From Carpediemonas membranifera BICM (taxonomy: Eukaryota; Protista; Fornicata), in assembly GCA_019828565.1 (NCBI GenBank), contig JAHDYR010000032.1:94681-158680 (forward strand): a stretch of 64,000 nt of DNA, in the 5' to 3' direction. Position 1 is the first letter of the stretch, and each line of letters starts with the position of its first letter. The notes below the pieces were generated by a model, which was not told where the DNA came from, made no database searches, and saw nothing but the letters and a program-made list of their open reading frames with translations. Shown one piece after another: positions 47,022 to 57,400 of the stretch. The position numbers were made by a program, and so were the translations under genes.

Positions 47022-48160
47022 ATGGCCCCAGAGCGTTTGAAGCAACTAGTGGCACAAAAGGGCTTTGTGTGGATATATGATTACTCTCTCGGCTTCATAT
47101 ACCTTGCGAGCGCGACAATTATGCCGCTCTACAACTATCTCTGCTACAGAGGCCACCACCATGCCGTACGCCCGTTCCCCTATCCTGTTACGTTCACAGC
47201 GATCCAGCTGTTTGCAACTTGCGCGTTCATGACCGTTGCCAACATCGCACTGCACTTTCTCCGCCCTCATCGCCATGGATCATCCTGGGTCCTCGGCAGG
47301 GGCCTCCTAGTCAAGCTGTATGCCACCTCCGCCCCCTCCACTGCTCACACAGCTCCACACTCTTCATGCCAGCCGCTATTTTCGCTGGGAACATGTCCAT
47401 GATGAACATGGGTCTGATGAAGACGTCCGTCTCGGTACACGTCCTCCTCCGCGGCTCAGAGATCGTATGGATCATCCTCATGGCCTGGATACTACAGAAG
47501 GAGAGGCCTAGGGTGCTCACGGTGGCGTGTATCGCCCTGCTCTTTGTCGGCACAGCCCTGGTCTCCTTGCAGCTCCTTCTATCAAACGGCCTTGGCTCGC
47601 TCGGCCTCGGGGCTCTCCTCATGAACATGCTGCCGACCATGATTGCCCCTGCTTACTCAGTCCTCCTCAAATGGACGATCCAGCGACTCAAGCTCGAGGG
47701 CTATCAGATGCATCCGACTGAGACAACCGCACTCGTCATTGGACTAACCGCAACCGTCATGATATGCCCCACGCCATGGCTCGAGCCCGGGGCGGCAGTG
47801 GAGCTGCTTCACATCCACCTTCCCCTCTTCATTGTCCTATGCTTTGGATGTGTCTTAACCTGCACATTCAAATTTGTAATGATCGCGATGCTCGACCGCC
47901 AACACGTGATAACTGTAGGCATAGTAGGCCAGATGAAGATCATCCCCCAGGTAATCATGGATGTGCTCTTCTTCAAGAACTACCCCTGCACCATCCTCAT
48001 GGTCCTCGGCACTGGCGTCAACGTCGTCGGTGCGCTGAGCTATGCAGTGCTGGAGTGGCTTGGGCTGACGTACCGTGGGAATGAGCCGGTGCATAAGCCG
48101 GCGAGCACTGCGGGTGACCTTGACCCGCTGCTGGGGGACGAGGGCAGCCTGGACGGGTAG
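47022..48160 (+). CDS. Triose-phosphate / nucleotide-sugar transporter family (DMT superfamily) protein (intron 47318-47352)
   Basis: FPYPVTFT.IQL, N.GL...SVS....LR, LQKE.P, T.GIVGQMK; multi-pass hydrophobic. A 35-nt intron joins the two ORFs. Confidence 0.85.
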
Positions 48161-48467
48161 GGCGTGTGGGCATGTGGTAAACTACAGCGGTATCAGCTGT
48201 TGCGGATGGTCCAGGTTCCACCATCAAGGCCCGGCGGGTGCCCCAAATGCCCAGGTTGGCGGCTTTGCCTCGATCTTTGACATGCCTGCGGACGTCAATG
48301 TCCTACCTACTCTTGCCTCACGGACGACTGGGCAGCGCGGATTCTGGTCATATCGCTGTTGGGGTGGAAGTAACGCTTGAGTATTAGTTTTTATAAATTT
48401 TCATTCTGTAGTGGCCATATTTAAGCTCCAATAAATTCCCAATCACACCGTGGTGATCACAAGTGCG

Positions 48468-51400
48468 ATGGATAGGAGGAGACGTGTGTTCTCAATCGGT
48501 GAAAGAGAAGCGATCAGAGCTGCTGGAGAACGACTAGGGCCAACTGCAGCGGCGAAAGAGTTCGATCTGCCGCTTCAAACTGTCAAGGGCATTATATACA
48601 GGAACAGAGACGGAAAACAACGAGGACCAGCAAGGAACGAAGGGCTTTATGAACAGGTACGCGAGACTATGTTGAACAAACGCGGAAATCTCAAGCTCCT
48701 TCATCTACAGTACAACGCCGAGATGGGAAGCTCAGTGCCGAGGACGACATTCGCCCGCTGCCTCGCTGAGGCTCGCCTCTCTGTCCGCTGTGGGTCCAAA
48801 GGAGCCAAGTGCATGCGACGAGAAGACTGGGTTGAGGTAGCCAGGATGAGAGCCAAGTACATCACTCACGTTGGGCAGGTTCTAGTGCACGACGAGAGCA
48901 TGTTCACCTGGAGGGGCATCAGAGACATCACTGACAAGGTGGTGGCTCCAACTGGGACGAACCAGGTGACAATCCCGCTAGATCGACTGGTAATCCCGAC
49001 AGTGACGCTTACTGCGCTCATCTCCGTCGAGGGATTTGTCTTTGGTGATGTCTACGTTGGCACGAAGGGCGCTATCAACGGAGAACGATTCAAGAGGATC
49101 CTGCAGAGCGCTAGTGACGTTATTTATCCATATCCTGGCAAGCATTCGGTCATTATCACCGATAACGCGAGCTTTCATGACCGCGATGCAATGCAAGAGA
49201 TTGTTGATGGCTTTGGCTGCATGGTTATATGGACTCCGCCCAATGGATCCACTGTTAGTCCCATCGAAGAAGCGTTCGGGCACCTTAAGGCAACAGTGAA
49301 CGAAGAGGTTGCAAAGGCGATTATTGGGGTGTGGTGGGCACAGAACAACAACAATCAATGCGAAGTGTTTAAATAGGGTCGAACCCTAGTGGTAAATATG
49401 GCCTAAATATATACGGGTCAGGTGACCACTACACTGCCCCCATGACTTCCACCATAACATTGTGGATTGTCATCAAATTGAAAGATATCGATCAAATATA
49501 AAAGATCTTGTCGTCCCCAGACCTAATCTAAACTCCTTTTGCGATCTTCGGAAATTCGGTCCTTTTTGTCAGATTTGGCACAAGATGAGTCATTGCGTCT
49601 AAGTTGCCAGTGACGACGGATTGGTACGTAACTATGATCTTCTTCACGCTCTATACTTCATTCTTCTCCATTTCTGTCTCTTTCGCGCTTCTGTCTCGCT
49701 TCTTCAGTTTCATCGCTTCTCATTAGTTCGTTTCGGCGAGTTCACGCTCTCTCTCTCTCTTAGGTGATCATTTGCGTTCATTATCATTATCCTCGTGATT
49801 GCAATCACTTTTCCTCTTCTTCTCTTCTTTCTTCATCAAACAACATCAACAGCACACGTCTCAGGGGGATTTACCGGCGTGGTGTCCCTTCCTGAGTGAT
49901 GGAAGCTTCAATCTCGGATGCTCATTAATGTATGCGTCCAGGGCAGCTAATCCATCGATTTCGCGGCTGTAATCGGTCCATGTGCCTTCGTCGTCATCGT
50001 AACCCTCCCACAAGAGGGAGGAACTGAAGGTTGCCCGCTTGTCGGCGATGGTCAGCAACCTTCCTAACCACGTACTCTCCTTCGTTGCGGGCTGCCCAGT
50101 GTTTGAGCTCAGCGTCAGTGTAGCTGCCCTCGAACTGGTAAAGCTCAGAGGCATGTACTGTCAGGCGGTGGTCAGTGGTGAGGTCTTGAACGACGTAGGT
50201 GTTGGGGCGGTCGGGATTGGTGGAGATGACCCGGACCGGGCCCCGGGGTACGATGCCTATGGCAGTTTTGCGCTGGATCATGGCGGCGGATCCAAGGAGA
50301 TGACTCGCTGGATGGCTCTGCGCTGGAGTTTGGCCACCGACAGCGCGTTGTCTGCTCTGTAAACAGCTTAGGGTGGTACGGAAGTGGTCAACGGTGAGGG
50401 AAGGTTGTCTAGTCGGTTCGTGGACGTCCCTGGCGTATAGGACTTCGTACGGCGACAGGTTGGAGGCGGTTAGAGGTGAGTTGTTGATTATATTCGTGAT
50501 TCGTGGTAAGGCGTCCTGTTGTGGGTCCTACCCAAAGTTACACAGATTTACGTTATATTTAATAGTCAAGGAGTTTCTCCTCGACACCCTTGTGTCGAGT
50601 CTTCTCCTCAGTAAAAGTTCAACACCCATTGAACCACAGTACTAGTACTACCAAAACATATGGGTACGGAAACTTACAGAAGCCTGAAGAAGAATCCGCC
50701 TCTCCTGAAGAAGTCCTCCATGGACGCTCTTTTGGACTTTGCGGATAACCTCCACGATCATCGCGCCTTAGGCGGCCGCGATGATGTTATTGACCTCATC
50801 GAGCCTAGCATAGCAGAGCTAGCAGGCCTTAACGACGACGAAGAGGTTGAAGACACTCCTCTCCTGCTCTCCGCGAAGCTCCGTAAGAAACGTCGTGTCG
50901 CAGCCCAAGATGAACGAGTCCTCAAGCGCCTCGGTGCTGCCCTTCGACCTTCTCGCCCGAGCATGCGTCTACAGCTCTTCCGAGTCCCCGCCAAGTCCTT
51001 CGAGCCTGATGAGGTTGCTCGAGTGAACCGCCGATTCAATCTGCTCTTGAAGCTCGTTCAACCCGAAGATCCCGAGGACGTCTTGAAGGAGACGTACAGC
51101 CGCTGCTTCAAGTTCCCCAACAACAGTCGCATCATGTATCGAGTCAGAGAATCAACGGAGCGCAAGGATCTCAAGGACGCAATGGCTGATGTCCTCGTCA
51201 TGTCACGCGACCTCAAGGAGTCCAAGGAGATGATCGCTTCCTTCGGCGCTGCGGGGGTCTCCGACTCACAGCGTACCAACACCACGCCCTCCCATACACG
51301 GCACACGGGGAGCGGTCCGAAGAACCCTCATCGACGCGAGCCTGACCGCACGAACGTAGCCCCCTCAAAAGGCAAGCCGATCGACAAGCCCAAGCACGAG

Positions 51401-54400
51401 AAGAAGCCATTCGTGTGCTTCAACTGCGGTAAGGTCGGTCACTCCGCTCGCCGATGCCCTGCTCCGAAGACAACCTGTTCCAAGTGCCAGAAGCCGGGCC
51501 ACCGAGCTGAATTCTGCCGTTCTGAGGTAAATTCAGCTCGTTGTGTGTTTTCTCTCGGTTCCCGTCAGAGTGTCCTCCCCTCCGTCAAGGCTAGCATTCT
51601 TAAGCAAGTCGTGTCCGTCCTGTTCGACTCGGGCGCTGACTGCGCAACCATTGACCCCAAGCTCTGCCACGGCAAGGCAGTGAAGTGGATCTCACACGAG
51701 AAGACACTTATCGAGACAGTGGGCGGCGTCAGAGAGGCCGATGGTCAGGTATCCTTCCGCCTCGTCTTAGCGCCCTCGCCATTCACTCCGCGCGGATGCT
51801 CTATCACTATTAAGGCCTACGTCCTGTCGACCGCTTTCGATGTATGCCTGGGTTACCCTCAGATGGTGGAGATCGGCCTTCTCCCTTCGTTGTCTGAGCC
51901 TACCAGCGAGCTCGCAGCCAGCGACGAACCACCTACATTCGAGAAGTACGTCGCGCAAGCCAGAGCCATGTCCTCTTCCTTTTCTCAGAGGCAGGCCGAC
52001 ATCCTCAAGCGTTACGCCCGGACATTCGTGGACCGTACCGAGCCAAGCCGGCTCGAACCGTATGATTTGGTCCTCAAGGGCGACAGAGTCGTACACATTC
52101 GGCCGTACTATGTTCCCCCGCCGAAAGTCCCGATCATTCAAGAGCACATTAATACGCTCCTGGCAAAGCGCTACATCGAGGCATGCCAGTCTCAATACGC
52201 GAGCCCTACCATCATAGTTCCAAAGAAGGAGGGGGAAAGACGCGTTTTGTCGTCGACTTCCGCGAGATCAATCAACTAACGGAACCATTCGACTACCCCA
52301 TCCCTCGCATAGACGAAGTTCTCACTCAACTGTCCGGAAAGTCTGTGTTCGCTACCCTAGACTTGTCAGCAGGATACCATCAGATCCCTCTTACTGAACG
52401 GTGCCGTCACCTAACCGCCTTCCGTACTGTTTTTGGTCAATACCAATATACACGGATGCCCTTCGGCTTACGTAACGCCGGAGCGTACTTCCAGAGGGCG
52501 ATGGAAGACGGGTTCAAGGGTCTGGTGGGCTCCGCCTGTGTCATATACATTGATGACATCATCGTCATGGGTGCGGATGAGGACGAGTACCTGGGAAACC
52601 TCGAAAAAGTCATGCAACGCGTTGACAAGCTTAACCTTCAGCTCGGCCGAGATAAGTGCCAGTTCGGTCGGCAAGAGGTCGAGTTCCTCGGGTGGATCAT
52701 ATCCCAAGGCAGCGTGAAGATCTCACCCCAGCGGACCGAAGATATCGCGAACCTCAAGCTGTCTTCATCCACGAAGGGCATGCAGGGTCTCAACGGATTC
52801 CTCAACTATTTCCGCGATTACATACCCAACTTCGCGGTCCGAGCTAAGCCTCTGCTAGACGCCATGTCCGGTCGGCAGACCCCCTCGAGACGTTCTTCAG
52901 AAGTCGCTGGACGATCTGAAACAAGCTTTATGTTCGGCCGACGCTCTAGCCATGTTCGACGCGACTAAGCCTCACACCGTCATGACTGACGCATCCGATG
53001 TCGGGTACGGAGCAGTCTTACTCCAAGAGGGCCGACCAGTTTGCTATATGTCGCGTGCGTTCAACGACGTCCAGTCACGCTGGTGTACCGGTGAGAAAGA
53101 AGCCTACGCTATCGTGGCAGCGTTACAACGATGGCGCAAGTTCCTGTGCTGGGAGAGCTTTACTATTCTCACGGATCACCGGAACCTACTCTATATGTAC
53201 CGGTCCACCAACGCCAAGGTCCGCCGGTGGGCTGATTCGATCGCCGATTTAGATTTCACCCTACAGCACATCGCCGGTCTGGACAACGGTGGAGCCGACG
53301 GTCTCTCGAGAGTATTCTCCATGCAACAGGCGTCGAGGGATCAGGTATCCCGCGCTCATCTCACAGCAGGAGCTCATCTGTCTCGCCGGATGACAACCGA
53401 GCAACTTAGGGCCGACGGTTTGTCTGTCTCCCGTCAAGTCGTAGACGACGTGATTACCGCGTGTCCAGAGTGCCAAGTCTTGGCCCGCCCTCCTGTTGAT
53501 ACGCCCGACGGCCTGCATACAGCTGTAGACCTCCCGTTCCGGCGTGTGGCCATTGACACCATGGGTCCGCTACCGACGGTCAACGGCCTGTCCTACGTGA
53601 CAGTAATGATCGACATGTGCTCCCGCTGGACAGAGCTAGTCCCGGTCAACAGCACCTCAGCCAAAGACGCAGCCAACGCATTGGTCAACACCTGGATTCT
53701 ACGATACGGATGCCCCGAAGTCGTCCAATCGGATGGGGGCTCAGAGTTCAAAAACGCTCTGTTCAAACGCCTCTCCGAAGAGATGGGGTTCGACGTCCAC
53801 ATAACGACAGCATACCATCCCCAGAGCAACGGTGTCGTCGAACGCGCGAACAAGGAGGTCGAACGCATCCTCAGAGCCAGGAAGCTGGAGTTAAGGAATA
53901 ACGATTGGGTAGCACACCTACCAGTCGCCCAATTCTTGGTCAACTCAATGCCCAGGATCCCGACCCGGTTGACTCCGGCCGAGATCATGTTTGGCGCCAA
54001 TTTATCAATACCGTCATCGATCTATATCACGGATGCCGCCTCGGCTGGTCCGCCACAGTCGAAGCTAGCCGCAGCCGATGCCGCCATCCAACTCGCCAAA
54101 GCAAGGATTAGAGCCATGCGCGAAGACGCTCTCGCAAAGGCAACCTCATCGAGAAGCGAGATATTGAGCCGTTTCGTGCTGGTCAAATACTACCCAAGAC
54201 CACCGAGCAAGCTAGCCCCGGGCTGGCGCGGCCCCATGAGGCGTGTCGCAGCCGTCAAACGTAATGGTGTTGTCGTCGCATATGAGGTCCAAGACCTCAG
54301 TCAGTCAGCGGACGGTCCAACTATCAAGGTAGACGCGGCACGTGTGCGAAGATTTGACCCAGACAAGCTCTCGGAGCAACAGATCTATGACCTCGCAGCC

Positions 54401-57400
54401 GCTTCCGTCGATGAGTGGCATGTCGAGCGCATCTCACGCTCTAGAGGCTCGGGCCCCAAGTCAAGGCGCGAGTACCTCGTACACTGGGTCGGATTCGAGG
54501 ATTCAGAGGCTTCATTCGAACCTTATTCGCACGTCAAAGATTTGGAAGCCCTCGATACATATTTGAAGTCTGACCAAGCCAAGCGTGACGGTCTGTAAAA
54601 CTTCTCAACATCGAAGCTGTATCCTCGAGGAACAAACGATTTATTCAGAGCTAGATTCCTCGTCTTCCGTCTCCTCCGTGTCCGTCAGCTCGACCAACCA
54701 AGTCGGGTCAGCGTGGCGCTCAAGGGCGTTCTCAGCCAAGTACTCTCGCACACACCGGACAAGGCAGAGATCAGCGTTGAGGGACACGATGCTGAGTCCC
54801 GAGTATCCGTCATACTGCAGGATCAACACAAAAGACCCGGGACCACAAGTCGTCTTCAGATACTCGTGACGGACTACGCACGTGACAGTGTAGTAGCGGT
54901 CCGGATCAGAGACCTGAAGCGGCTCCCAGTGAGCCTCATCGCCAATGGCGGGCAGGTAGCCGTCGTGGCACAAGCGGCTGACCAGGGTTGCCCAGAAGTC
55001 GTTGGGAGCCGGGATGCGCCGGCTGATGCCGTAGACAGCGACACGGAAGTAGTCCGGTGCGAGGACGAGGACCAACAGGCGGTTAAGATATCCGCGCGCT
55101 GTAGTGTCCGACTTGACCCCGCCGGCAGTCCGCACAGCCGCCACGAGAGCTGCAGAGTAGTGACCATTACCGGGCGAAGACCCACCCAGCGTGATGTCGC
55201 GGCCCCGGATCGCGGCCGACACGATGTCGCCATCGGTCAAGCGCTTCCTGCCGAGCTTGAGGTGGGCCCTCACACCGGCAAGCGCGACCTGGCAGTGAGC
55301 CACGAGAGCCAAGACCTGCTGGGTCAGCTTCACGTCCTGCACTACGGCTGCGTCGTTCAGACGACCTTGCTCAATAGCGTCAAAGATTCGCTGGAGCGGC
55401 AGCTCGATGGAGTTGGTGTAACCTTCCAGGCGTCGGGCAACCTCGGCCTTGATGTCGTGGGGCATCAGAGTCGTCATCGTCAGGGTGCGAGTGATGCGTT
55501 CTGAGGCTTGCACGCGGTGACTATATAACCTCACGGTTGATGTTTGTTACTTACAGATTGTCGGTGACCATGCGCTTGCGTCCACGATACTTCTGAGCGC
55601 GAAGGGAACGACAAACGGACGTATGGGCAACAATAAGTGGCCTAGCCAGATCGTCATCACCAAGTTCGGTGATTTTGGCACGAATTTCCTTCAGAACGGC
55701 CTCTACGGCTGTGTTGTCCGACATCAAATGAGTTGACGGCGACATATCCTGCACATTTCTCGGAAACGGTCGAAGGAACAACTAACAAGGTCATCTTAGT
55801 CTTCAAGCATGCATTTATTGTCGGTAATAAGGCATTAGGAGCTTCCTAGTGCTCCTTCCGGTCAGTTTGATGTTGTTATTCAAGTACAGTTGGACGCAGA
55901 AAATTAGAAGCCTCAGAACTCCTCAACGGAGCCGAATTGGAGCTTCTAAGTACGTTTTTCGGCGTCTGTGTGATCATGAGCGATAAGGGCTCAGCATTGG
56001 CAGTGTTTGCTAGAGCAATCGTTCTTGGCCTTCGAATTACATGGAATGGCATATAAAACGTATAAGGTTTGTGAAGACGGCCTAGGAAGGCCGTGGAGGG
56101 GCAGTGGTAAGCCTCTCCGTCACGTTTCACCATTTTTGAAACAGAGCTCACATAGCGGTACCGCAGTTAGATCATGATACCATCATTTTGATTTCGTTCA
56201 GCTAGATGCGAAAGCACTCAGGCCATGGGGTTGCCAGCCCTATGAGTCACCGTTGGCGGTCGGGTGGCACCGTCCAGGCCTTTGGTGAAATGCTGACGTC
56301 AAGTCTCTCTGTCATGCCTATACCAGGCATGGAGGGGCAGTGTTGTGGGTCCTACCCAAAGTTACACAGATTTACGTTATATTTAATAGTCAAGGAGTTT
56401 CTCCTCGACACCCTTGTGTCGAGTCTTCTCCTCAGTAAAAGTTCAACACCCATTGAACCACAGGCGTACCGATCTCGTGTCTTATACCGTGGTCTTGGCA
56501 AAATTCTCTGATGGTTCTGTTATGGTACTGTGAGCCACCATCGGTAATCAAGCATGTCGGGGAGCCATAGTGTTTCATCCATGTCGATAAAGCCGAACGT
56601 GCAGATACAGCGTCCGTGCTCTTCGTGGGGTAGGCTTGGGTGAGTCTAGTAAACGTGTCGATAATCACAACCGCGTAGCGGTGTTGCCCGGGCAGTGAGA
56701 GGGGACCAATGGTGTCGGCCTCCACTACTTCGAAGGGTCGGCTGCCGGTCATGGGATGGGTCGCTTGGGGAAACGGTGAAAGCTTGAGGCGTGTCAACTG
56801 GCAAACAGGGCACTGTCTTATCCAGGCAGTAACGTCCCGGCGCATGCCAGGCCAGCCCTTGTCGGCGGCTATGATGCGTTTGCAGGTGGCATCACGGCCA
56901 AGGTGACCAGCATCTCCGCCATGTGCTTCTTGGAAGGATTCCCGATGCGCCTCGGGTGGAGGGGAAGGTTCGACGGAGGTCTCGTCCAGGTGAACGAGGC
57001 GGGACAGGGTGTCCGCTACAGAGTTGTCGGAACCTGGAACGTGTACGATGTCGAATGAGTACTCAGACAGCGCGAGGCTCCACCTAATCACCTTGGAATT
57101 CAAGGAACGGTCCATGTAGACCAAGTTACGGTGATCTAGATGAGCTGTGAAGTCTCGTCCAGCGAGATAGCGTCTGAACTTGGTAGTACCGAAGTACAGA
57201 GCGTAGCACTCTTTCTCTATCGTAGACCAACGGCGCTGTTGGGGCGTGAGCGTCTTGGCGAAGAACGCGATGGGCTTAAACTCCGCGTTCATCAGCACGC
57301 CACCAATGCCGTAGTCTGATGCGTCCGTAAAAATGTGGAGATGTTCGTCGGGACAGGGGTGGACCAGCGTGCGCTGCAGTAGAAGCTCTCGCTTAATCTG

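Larger units (their letters stand above)
50517..56462 (+). mobile_element. E7: full-length Ty3/Gypsy chromovirus-like element with antisense accessory gene
   Basis: Identical 122-bp LTRs at 50517-50638 and 56341-56462, PPT GGAGGGGCAG; the flanks do not form a TSD. Confidence 0.94.
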
